In this document: positions 38,496-50,060 of the stretch, one piece after another
Numbering within the stretch: the stretch's first letter is position 1
How the letters are laid out: each line of letters begins with the position of its first letter
Source: Octopus vulgaris
Taxonomy: Eukaryota
Reading direction: 5' to 3'
DNA length: 64,000 bases
Assembly: GCA_951406725.2 (NCBI GenBank)
Contig: OX597822.1
Coordinates: 65,968,001-66,032,000, forward strand
Notes under the pieces: model-generated
What the model was told of the DNA's origin: nothing
Database searches by the model: none
What the model saw: the letters and a program-made list of their open reading frames with translations, nothing else
Position numbers and translations under genes: made by a program

Positions 38496-38792
38496 TGGAG
38501 GCGCAATGGCCCAGTGGTTAGGGCAGCGGACTCGCGGTTTCGGTTCCCAGACCGGGCGTTGTGAGTGTTTATTGAGTGGAAACCCCTAAAGCCCCACGAG
38601 GCCCCGGCAGGGGGTGGTGGAGATCCCTGCTGTACTCTTTCGCCTCAACTTTCTCTCACTCTTTCTTCTGTCGGCCTGCTCGCTTAGCCAGGGGGGTGGC
38701 ATTATTTGAAGGCTAAATCAATGCGAAGCGCATTGCGACCAGCGATGTGTAGCAACATCTGATAGCCTGGTCGGTCACAGTGATCACGGTGA
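38496..38792 (+). mobile_element. tRNA-derived SINE family C variant with an alternative tail
   Basis: TGGAGGCGCAATGGCCCAGTGGTTAGGGCAGCGGACTCGCG..CCCAGACCGGGCG head shared with the 19548 and 58116 copies; tail shared with 19955-20073. Confidence 0.85.
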
Positions 38793-39119
38793 TATATACA
38801 TATATAGATATACATATACATATATAAAAAAGACACACACGTGCTCATATTTGTATATGAGTAAGGAATAGGACAAATGTCAATATATTTCGTGTGAAAA
38901 TACGGTGGGGGCCCATTTAAGAGACAGTGGTTATTCTTTTGTGGTTACTCACGGTGGAAAACAGTTTAGTGTTTGTACTAATGAAGGGGATCAAGATGTT
39001 GATCTGCACGAAACAATAATATAGTGGAAATATAACGAAATGAAGCATTTTAAATTACATCAAGCTTGTCCCTTATGAATCAGGAAAAAATTCTTATTAT
39101 CAGTAACATAGAAACCAAA

Positions 39120-39850
39120 CAACTTCGAGGCAAAATTCATATTGAATAGTGTGTTATCGTTGGAACAAATTGGTCAGTGACTTTCTGCCTCTTTAATGGT
39201 GTTGTAGCCAATCTTCCTTGCATTGATAAACAAAGTGAATTTCGCCGTAGCACTCAATCAATAAGTCATGTGAGCAACATCATCAGCTAAGTCAAATTCA
39301 GAGAATTAAAGGTTCTGCTAAATTCCTGATCACGTTGCTCCATTGTGAGGCCTTTCTCTTAGCTAGGGAAAGGAATTTGGCAAAATATCTAATCCACCGC
39401 AACCACAAAGCGAGAAAAGCACATTGAGTATTGTGCGTGCCTCTGAACGATTTCTCTAGCTATTGGAATTTTTTTTGGCTTGATAAATTTCATATAAGGT
39501 GCTGATGGCGTCGGCAATCTCATGTGGGGGTAGAATATATTAAGAGTCAACAAGTCTTTTTTGGTTGGCGAGTTGTGACACACGATGATGATACGCACAC
39601 GAGATTTACGCGTCTGGAAATGTGTTGTGGAGAGCAAGACCAGACAAGCGAAATCTGAGCACTGAGTACATTGGAACATTATACACATCTCTACTGTCGC
39701 TGGTCAGTGCAAGGAAGGACACATCACCTACTGTGTTGAACACAAGACCATAGGAAATGTTGTATTTCGCAGAATTCGGTATGGACCAAAGGTGAAAGAA
39801 GTACACAGGTGTTATCGGCAGGAATAGACAACATGAAAACCTGATCGTGC
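39120..39850 (-). mobile_element. Highly decayed LINE RT remnant (RTE-like)
   Basis: Minus-strand peptides in the expected order: PHEIADAISTLY, IAREIVQRHAQYSMCF (QG-motif position), EFDLADDVAH (FADD-like) and EVVWF (YLG-region position). Confidence 0.5.
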
Positions 39851-39927
39851 TGAAATGAATCTCATTTCCTCTCTCTAGAAGAGAAAGGATACAATGTATG
39901 AGTTTACATACAAACATACATGCATAC

Positions 39928-39984
<57 letters not shown>

Positions 39985-40096
39985 AATACATATGTGTGTG
40001 TGTGCGTGTGTGTGTTTGTAGATATGTGCGCGAGTATGTGCGCTCCCATAAGGGCATGTACGAACGTATATATATATATATATATTTATGTATATA

Positions 40097-40151
<55 letters not shown>

Positions 40152-40684
40152 AGTATATATATATAGTTATATATTAACAAATATATGTATATTTGTATTT
40201 ACCTAAATGCATATGGTGTACGTACGTGTATGACAATGTGTGTGTTTGTGCCTCAAGTTTTGAGTATATGTGCATGTACGCGTATATGTGTATATGTATG
40301 TATATATTTAAACAAACGCCCATGACCTCGAGGGTGTATGCGTATATTTGTATGAGTGCCATCATGTGTGTATTCTTATAGATGTATGTATATTTGCTGA
40401 TATTAGAATATAAATGGTTCCAACCGCGTTTATTTTGATGTATGTAGTTATAGTATAAACATGTAACATTTCTCTCTTCACACTACTTCCTACTTGGCAA
40501 ACAAATCATTGAATATTGAAAGATCCAGATGTTCAGGTCAGGCTTTTGTAGTATTATACTTCCACCTAGATTTTAAGTACCAAGTTCTTTTGTATAGAAA
40601 AATGATCTTCAAATGCCTGGTTTATATTATAAACGTATACGTTTCCTGTCATTTCCACTGCTGCTGATGCTACTGTTGCAGATT

Positions 40685-40723
<39 letters not shown>

Positions 40724-41156
40724 ACACTACTACTACCTTCAACACCTACGAACTTGCATATCGCCACGCGATATCTCTCAAACTATTTACGTTCTAAGTT
40801 CGAATCTCACCGAAGTCAAATTTGATTTCCATTCCAATGAGATTGATAAAATAACTCTGGTATTTCTTTCTCGAAATTAATGGCCCTCTTAGAAGCTTTC
40901 CTAAGGGTCTGTATGAGACCTACATGGATGTAGCTGTAGACGTCTTCCGAAATAAACTGGCTCTCCTAGTGTCAAGAGGCCTAGATGGGAAAACGTCATA
41001 ACAGGAAACAGAAATGAAGGCAGGAGACATCAAACACTCTCATTCACAAAATGTCAACTAGTAAAGGGGTATTAATAAAGGTGAGTCAAAACTAGTTACC
41101 GGTGCCCCTCATGGCCACAGGAATTGAGCTGAAAATAATACACACATACACACCCA

Positions 41157-41376
<220 letters not shown>

Positions 41377-41599
41377 TGTTTGTATGTATTTGTGTATGTA
41401 TGCGTGTATGTACGTTAGGGTCGAAAGTAGTAGTGGTCCTGAATGACAGTCTTTATATATTACATAACGTGGCTGTATTATTAGAATCTTGAATATTGCT
41501 GTTTTCGCCTTGCAATGGGCAACCGTATTAACGTATGATTTTAAGAGCATAGATATATATCATAGGAAACGACAACCGTTTGTGATGGGTCCCAGAACG

Positions 41600-41641
41600 A
41601 CTAGATCACGTGGTTTCAGCATACTGCGCTTCCTCAGTTGC
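41600..41641 (-). ncRNA. Degenerate minimal type I hammerhead ribozyme-like motif
   Basis: Minus strand GCAA-CUGAGGA-AGCG(CAGUA)UGCU-GAAA-CCACGUGA-UC-UAGU: intact core boxes, 4-bp stem II, near-palindromic stem III, weak stem I. Confidence 0.45.
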
Positions 41642-41903
41642 AGACGTCCGGTTTCCGCATGCTAGCCAACTACCACTACCAACAATAGTTAGGATTACAG
41701 TGGTTTTTCAGTTAATGATGTCTGAAATTGCCAGAACACTTCTTTAAAAATAGATATTTGTGACAGAGGCTGCAGCAGTGCCGAATGGAAATCTTTATAT
41801 CTTTCTTAACGTAGATATTCTTCAGAAAGATGACTACTGCAGTATTCAGTTCCAAAGATCTGTATTCACTACTAAGAATACAGGCATATATCACAGTAAC
41901 ACG

Positions 41904-41958
<55 letters not shown>

Positions 41959-42914
41959 CGCACATGTGTGTGTGTAAGGAATTCTTCCAAAACGATTCTT
42001 GCAGAGAGGTGGAGAACCAACCAAGTGGTCCATTTATAAACAACTTCACAGCAGAAATAGTATACACTAGGTAAATTTTCAATAGATTTATTTTCTATGT
42101 AAGTCTGTCTATGAAACTTTTAATAACAAAAGTCGTACGAAAATTTCTGAAATATTCTAATGAAAAAAATTATAAGAAAATTATTATGAAGCCTCTTGTC
42201 TAGAAAAAAAACTCATGAAGGCATAAAAGTATTAAAACTAGTGATTCATGAAAAGAAAATATATTGCCTTTGTATTTTTGTCTTGAAGGTAGCTATTTTT
42301 AACATAGAATGTGTAATAAAATAGCTTGATTCCTCGATAAAAGGTTTATGATAGGAGATATTAATTCTGTTATCTATGGAGGAATAGGATACTATAGTGC
42401 GGTCTAGTAAAACTTGGAAGTATTTTTTTTTTACAACTCTCATATCAGATTCGAATTATGTCAGATAGAGGACAACTTTAGTCATCTCATAGTTTATACA
42501 TGTTTTAGCGTATAATATTAATGATTGATGTGTGACGCATATAGGCACGCACCCACATCTAGACAAACCCAAATACAAACACGCACACACACATACACAC
42601 ACACGCACACACTCACACACACAAACACACATAATAGACGGTAAGAGCAACAAAATATTTACCCAATCTAATGAGACAATTTTTTATTTAAACAACTCTA
42701 TATATGCTTTTATATGCTACTATTAGTCCCATGTGCTAAGAGCATGCCAGACATTCTTTTAATACATCTCGTACCCTAGCACAATCATCAGGCGCTGTCT
42801 ACACAGCGATCCTCTCATCCATTTTCAGTTGATTGTGCCATGTAGGCAGTTCCTGAGACTTATACTGGAACACCAGACATGTTACAAAATACTCTCAACA
42901 ACAACGGATAAAAA

Positions 42915-43290
42915 TGAAGAAAATAATAAACCAGACATAACGATTATAAATAAGGAAAAGCGAAGTTACTTACTAATCGGCCTATCATTCGCGTTTGATT
43001 CCAGGCTCGTAAAGAAAGTGAAAGAAAAATATATTCATACAATCTCTTAAAATTTGAAATAGGTAGTATTTGCAGCATGCGAACGGTAACGGTCATGGCG
43101 ATGATAATTTGTGCATTGAGAACTGTCAACAAAGATATTGACAAATGGCTGAAGGAGATGAAAATAGATGGCCCAGAAGAGTCCCTACTGAAAGTTTGTC
43201 TCTTAGGGTTATCAGGAGGGTCGTAAGCACTTGAAAGACTATCGAAAAACTTGTAGATACCTAAGGTTACAGGTAATAACCCGTTACACA
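42915..43290 (+). mobile_element. Degenerate RLE retrotransposon 3' fragment related to 17390-17950
   Basis: ENNKPDITIINKEKRSYLLIGLSFAFDSRLVKK..YNLLKFEI..MIICALRTVNKDIDKWLKEMKI..LLKVCLLG. Confidence 0.65.
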
Positions 43291-43304
43291 CATAAATCCT
43301 GGAG

Positions 43305-43475
43305 TGGACTAGTCGATTACATATATCCCAGTATTTCAGTGTTACTTAATTTATCGAACCCGAAAGGATGTAAGGTTAAGTCGACCTCAGCGGTATTTGA
43401 ACTCAGAACATGGAGACAGACGAAATAGCGTTAAGCATTTCGCCCAGCGTGCTAACGATTCTGCCAGTTCGCCGA
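43305..43475 (-). mobile_element. SINE family A
   Basis: acttaatttatcgaacccgaaaggatg..gtcgacctcagcggtatttgaactcagaac..gcgtgctaacgattctgccagttcgcc. Confidence 0.82.
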
Positions 43476-43689
43476 CTCCAGTCTTTCAGGGGTAAGACAG
43501 ATAGGCCAAAAAATCTCTAGAAGGCAAAATTTTATTCATTGACCTTACATTGACCACACATACATTTGCCCTTTATTATTAACTAAATTACGTATTTCCA
43601 GTTGGAAATTACAAATACACACACACACATACACACGCACACGCACGCGCACACACACACACACACATATATATGTATATATATAATTT

Positions 43690-46138
43690 TGACTTACTGG
43701 AGGTGGTCTGAAATTTGTACCACCGAATATTAGGAACACCTTTATTTGTGATAAGCTTGGAAGCATTGTTTCTGTTTACCAAGACAGAGAAGAACTTCGC
43801 AAATAGAACATTTCCACTCTGTTCTGATTTGTGTAGCTTTTGACCTGCACAAATCACACATCCTTCTAGCTCCTTGTATTGGTTGATGAGCCGACTCTCT
43901 CTTTCTAATCTCTAATGAAACATGTGGCTTTCGACTTTTAATTTCTATTGAAGGCCCTTTGCTGTTTCTCTTCAGCACAATAGATTCTGCTGCTAAGCTA
44001 TCAATAACTTCTAATCTGAATTTTTGCAGTGTCATATTGTTGTTCTGTACTTCCTTATGAAGTTTGAAAGCGTTTACAATTGCTGCAGCAAGATAGAAAA
44101 CAAATATTCTGTTCCACCATTTGTGACTCTCACAGTCTATTTGTTAAGTTTCTTTTAGCTGGTCAAACTTACCTACACAATTCATATTTAGGTTGTAATC
44201 TTTTATCATAAGTGGACATATTTTTTGGAGCTTGTTTCCATCATTTCCTCGCCTTGAAGCTTGACATAATCCAGTAGGATCATAAAAACCTGAAGTAGCA
44301 TATACTACTCTCCTATCTCTCCATTTCACAGCCGAGATTCCGTCAACAGAAATAAACCAGTCATGTTCACCTCTTTCCAAGTCTTTGTCATAAGACTGAG
44401 GAAATTTCACCCTTTTCTTATTTACAATGCCACATGCAAATAATTGCATGTGGCACTGTAAATAAGAAAATAGGTCATAGCTAGTAAAATAGTTGTGAAA
44501 TATACTTTATCATTTCCCTCTAACTTGACTTGTTAATTTTCTAATTACATTCCCTCCTAAGACATTTGTAACTTTGCCAGCATTTTTACCTGTATAAATT
44601 TCACTCTCAATAAAATACCCTGCCAGTACCCAAATTTTGTAATCCCAACTTATTGGTTTGATGGGGTTATATTGCTTTATTCCTACCCTTAAATTGATTC
44701 GTCCACTGCGACTACACCACTGGAACAATAGCATTTTAAAAAGTTATTTATGATCATTTCAGGGTATGGTCTGACTTTGTACATTTTATATGAGTTAGAG
44801 GAGCCCCTTTGTGGCATAAGAGAATTGTCATTCAAATGAACACGTGATAATAAACAATCAATTTTTTAATGGCATTAGTCTGCTTATCAAAGGATCATTT
44901 AACTTGGGATCTGTACTCCAATAATCACTATAACTGGGCAAACGTTTAACTCCCATCATCAAATTAATTGCCAAAAAAGCTTTTATTTCCTTGGCAGTGA
45001 TAGGAACCAAATTTTTGCCTGATTGAACAGCGTACAAATTAGTGTGGAAAACAATCTGTTCTATTATGTTATCAGTGAACAACTCGCGGAATATTGCATA
45101 AGGTGTGGGCTCTTGCATTTCTTGGATATCTTTTGCTACACTACTTGATTTGGTAACACAATTGTTGGTTGTGTAATACTTATTACCTTAGCCCACTTTA
45201 GATTTTTATTACCTGCAAAGGACGCTAATGGAACATCGTTTGAATCAGATTCTGATAAATCATCAAATTCTATATTTGCTGTTTCTTCCTCCAAAACATT
45301 ATTTTGTTCTAAAATAGCTTCATCTGAGACCTCATCATCACAAGTTGATTCATTATCTGAAGGAATATCTTCATACAAAATTTCCTCAATTTCCATTTGA
45401 GATAATGTCTTTTGGTGGCGAGACATTCTGTAAGGATAAAATCAGCAAATATTACTAGTTGTCACTTCACAATTTCATAAGGAATGTATAAATCTTCAGA
45501 AATACATATATGGTCTAGGCACATGACTCATACCTTCTTGAAAAATAGCAACACAATATTGCTATGTAGGTAGGTACTGAAAATAAAAATAGAGGTAAAT
45601 AAAATTACACTTTTCAATTACTTCTAATTTCGTATTAACTAAGATAAATTTTCAGACATCCGTTCGATACAAACGTCTATAATGTATAAAAGTATAAAAC
45701 ATAGATATTAATTTTACAATCCTTAATCAACTCTTCATTACATGAACACGTGTTTGTTTATTTGCCTGCTCAGTGGTTCTAAAAAAGTTCAAATTTAAAT
45801 AATTTACCTGTAATTACGCTAAATACATTTAATAAGCAAAATATAAAAACCTTGCTTTCAATTCGATAAATAAATTTATAACAAAAATTTGTACTCTTGT
45901 TTTATCGTCGACTGACCTTCGGCTGAAAATGAATTCAACTGGAAAAATATTCCGTTTGTGTCACAGAAATTGTTGTCAGATGTAAGGCTAGCTTCTGATT
46001 GGTTGATAGATGAAGTGGTACTTTTTCTAAGCTACCGACCATGCAGCAAAAAGAATCTGAAGTTTCGGGGCAAATTATGTACAGCGCTCATTAAACTGTT
46101 ACAAATAAGCGGTACTTTATTTGTAAGACCCGGCTTAA
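43690..46138 (-). mobile_element. piggyBac-family DNA transposon relic (boundaries approximate)
   Basis: Transposase relic plus ~700 bp of non-repetitive upstream sequence ending at a TTAA (46135-46138). Clean terminal inverted repeats (TIRs) are not recognisable. Confidence 0.55.
43742..45426 (-). pseudogene. Decayed piggyBac (PGBD-like DDD) transposase in five or more frameshifted pieces
   Basis: Acidic N-terminus; TPYAIFRELF..IVFHTNLYA..EIKAFL..MG..LPSYSDYWS; KVRPY..VAVDES (first catalytic D at 44701-44703); KQYNPIKP..W..KIW; VYF[D]NYFTS with the D codon missing its G; WRDRRVV; YNLNMNCVGKFDQ (third D changed to G); C-terminal cysteine-rich RRMCDLC..CSICEVLLC..CFQAYH. Confidence 0.9.
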
Positions 46139-46338
46139 ACCTTTTCTACTAAAGGCACAAAACCTGAACTTTTGGTGAAGGGGAAAAAGATGATTACATC
46201 ACTGGTAATTAATATATCGACCCCGAATTGATGAATGGCAAAGTCGACTTCGGAGGAATTTGAACTCAGAACGTAAAGACGGACGAAATGCTGCTAAGCA
46301 TTTTCCCGGCATGCTAACGATTCTGCCAGCTAGCCGCT
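46138..46338 (-). mobile_element. SINE family A (monomer)
   Basis: ttttctactaaaggcacaa..atcgaccccgaa..ggcaaagtcgacttcggaggaatttgaactcagaacg..gctaacgattctgccagctagccgc. Confidence 0.82.
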
Positions 46339-46626
46339 TTAATGATGATAATAATAATAACAATATGTTTTCTTGCACTCCAACAGAAGACCACATTCAC
46401 AAATCACACATACACACTCACACTAAAATATACGCAGATACACACACATACACACATGTTTATAGACACATAGCCATGCGTCAGATGTATGTGTGTATGT
46501 GTGCGTTGAAGGCCTATTCAAGAATTCTAATTTTCAAAGAGAAATTATTTAAAAATATAAAAACACTACTGCATACATGCATGCGTGTGTCTGTGTTTCA
46601 CACTGTGTATGAGTATGTGTCTGTGT

Positions 46627-46729
<103 letters not shown>

Positions 46730-46812
46730 CGCATGTATAAGTATGTATGAATGTATGTACATATATGTGTGTGTGAGTGTGTGTATGTACATATGTATGT
46801 GTGTGTGTATGA

Positions 46813-46869
<57 letters not shown>

Positions 46870-47438
46870 CACACACACAGATGCAATTATCAGTATGTAA
46901 TGAAATACATAAACAGTCTAACTTGCATATTTTCGCTTGTATATATGTATAAGCGCTTCTGCATATATACATTGCATATATGCACATGTATGTGTGTTTG
47001 TGTGTGTGTGTCTGAGAGTAATTCCATCTCTGCGTGTGAATGATTTCGCATGCTTGCATGTGTGCGAAACGCTATTGTAAAAATCATTGATGTTTATGAA
47101 ACATACCCAAATGTACGGTACATGCTTTAATGGTTTTGGATATACACACACACGCTTACATACGCACACATACATACTCCCATATATACATACATACATA
47201 TGTATGTGTATGTATGTGTATATATATATATATATGTGTGTGTGGGTGTACGTTTCGTTAGAAAATAGTGCACATCTCACAGAATCATTTGATATACACG
47301 TGTCAATGTGTTTATTTGTTCTTGAATCAATATACTTTTCATATTTCACATTATTTCTTCACTTTTTTTTACTGTATATCCGTATAATAATTGTTATAGT
47401 TTATATATATATTTATATATATATATATATATATTTAT

Positions 47439-47800
47439 AGGCGCAGGAGTGGCTGTGTGGTTAATAGCTTGCTTACGAACCACATGGCTCCGGGTTCAGT
47501 CCCACTGCGTGGCATCTTGGACAAGTGTCTTCTGCTATAGCAGATTTGGTGGACGGAAACTGAAAGAAGCCTGTCGTATATATATATATATGTATGTGTC
47601 TGTGTGTGTGTTTGTGTTTGTCCCTCTAGCATTGCTTGACAACCGATGCTGGTGTGTTTACGTCCCCGTCACTTAGCGGTTCGGCAAAAGAGACCGATAG
47701 AATAAGTACTGGGCTTACAAAGAATAAGTCCCGGGGTCGAGTTGCTCGACTAAAGGCGGTGCTCCAGCATGGCCACAGTCACGTGACTGAAACAAGTAAA
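47439..47800 (+). mobile_element. SINE family B, full length
   Basis: AGGCGCAGGAGTGGCTGTGTGG head, GGGTTCAGTCCC B box, short internal (TA)n(TG)n, conserved 3' half. Confidence 0.9.
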
Positions 47801-47808
47801 AAAAAATC

Positions 47809-47852
<44 letters not shown>

Positions 47853-47864
47853 TATAATCATATA

Positions 47865-47898
<34 letters not shown>

Positions 47899-47899
47899 A

Positions 47900-47976
<77 letters not shown>

Positions 47977-48149
47977 CGTATGTATATATATATATGTGTG
48001 TGTGTGTGTGTTTTTTTTATTGCTGTTGTTCCCTTTCTTCTATGATATCACTGCTACTACAGAAGCTTACGAAAAGGAAACAAAAAGAAACAGAAAGCAA
48101 AAGCGATGGCAGTGGTGAAGGTGATGTTGATGGTGATGCTTTCTTCTTG

Positions 48150-48185
<36 letters not shown>

Positions 48186-49319
48186 GTTATTATTTTCTTC
48201 CTGCTGTTGATTTTTACTATTCACATTGCCATTGTATTATATTTTCGTGCTCGTTTCTTTTTCTTTTTTATGGTTTTTCTTTTTGTCGCATATTTCTTTT
48301 TTCTTTTTTCCGCTTTCAGCTTTTTCTCGTGCACTTGTTTTCTCTTTTTGTTTTCTTTGATGCGTTCACTTGATTTTTTTTTCTTTTTGTTTTTTTTTTC
48401 CTTTTCTTTGCTTTGTATTGCTTTCTTTGTCGTGTTTGTCATTGTATTTGCCATTGACTAAAGATTCGTTGTTGTTGATTTTATTATTATTATTGTTGTT
48501 GTGTGTGTACATGTATGTCTATTTCTGCTTGCTTGTGTTTGTTTTCTTTTTGCAGTTGTCGTCATCGTCTACATCGCTGTTGTCATCATTGTTATTTATT
48601 CTTTAAATATTATATTATTCGTATTACTTTCTTATTTCCCTTCTTGCAGCTTAGAGTATTTGAACGGCGTATCCTATTATCGGCATCCCACCGCCATCTT
48701 CGTCTAGAAATCTTCTGTTCTTTTTTTAAACTCATCAACTTCTACGGATGCTGTACTCTATTCCATACCTATCTGCCAACCAATGTTCCCTAACTTAGAA
48801 TATCATAAGCCTACCTATCCCTTAACTTACCTTCTATTGGTTTCATGTTCTTAAACTTATTTGAAATATCAGCCATTCATCTCTCAAATAACACACTGTC
48901 GGGAATTTTTATGAGCACGGGGTGCTGTTTATAGAAGAGTGAGTAATATAACAGATTTATAACCGGTCTTGTACCAAAATTTGAAATCAATAAAATAGAG
49001 GCTTCAGTGTGGTCATATTTTGATTCGTGGATGGGATACGTTTCTGGTTAGATAGCCGTTTCTCTTTTTTGTTGGGTATACCAATGATCTCATCTACCAG
49101 TGTGATTTAGTTTCCCGTATGAATAAAGGGGCAGTTGTGAGAAATTTGAAGAAGCGAAAATTGCGTATGATGACTCATTGGAAAGGCCAAATGCACATTA
49201 GAATGTAAAGGAGAAAGCCCAGCGACTAGAGAAACAGCAGGTACGGAGAAGGATATATTATATATGGCGACGGCTTAGCAGCACAGCACATCAACAGGAA
49301 ATTAACATAGCTCATACGA

Positions 49320-50060
49320 TAATAGAAATAGAGTGATTGGTGTACTTAATGTCTATGTCACAGGCTGGACTACAAAGTCGCCTTAGTGAGAGAGATTGTG
49401 AGGAAACATGATTTTGCGTGACATGGTTGTAAAAGGTGAGTTGTGGATTGTGAAATTTTGATGTGGAAATGGTTGTGGTCAATATAAAGTGAAGGTTGTC
49501 CAAGATGAAGGCAGTATCGGAGCTGATGTGCTACAATCAAAAACAAGTGGGAAGAGCTACCGAATAATATAAAGTCAACGGCTCACTAGTCGTGTTAGAA
49601 TAAAAACGTAGTCCTCCACGTAATCATTGAACAGGCATAGAGAAAACAACGAATGGTAAGGACGAGCTCTGTGTAAGAGAGAAAAGTTGGGAATTATTTC
49701 CAAGTTGGGTTCGACCGTCAGAATTTGGTATTCCGATATAGAGGATCTTGAAATACACAGTAAAACAGGCATAGTTTGGAAGGAAGCAGGAGTTTTTGGT
49801 TGATGTCATTTATATGGAATAGGAAAGCTGCTATCAAGAGGTTCAAATAATTGGTTGTAGTAATTAGGAATGCACTGGTGTAGATACAGGCAGTTCGATG
49901 GAGCAATCTGAATTTCTTAACATTATAAGTTTTATAGAAAAACGTCTGTGCGAATAAAAAGTCTGGTAGCTGTGGGCGGAATAGAGTAAGTTTCGTTTGG
50001 AGATTGCTACAGCCTATAGTTAAATAGTAGGTTGTTGATCTTCCAAGCACTTTCGATGAC
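49320..50060 (-). mobile_element. Possible decayed LINE C-terminal region (I/Jockey-like)
   Basis: KLTLFRPQL...ACIYTSAFLITTTNYL resembles the post-RT thumb region, followed by a C..C...H-like trace (LCSPACDIDIKYTNH). Confidence 0.3.

Noticed and set aside
43690-46138. piggyBac terminal inverted repeats with TTAA duplications
   Set aside because: Only weak similarity between the candidate ends and no TTAA at the left boundary, so the ends were not called.
48221-48454. Lys-rich ORF
   Set aside because: Reverse complement of a T-rich low-complexity tract.
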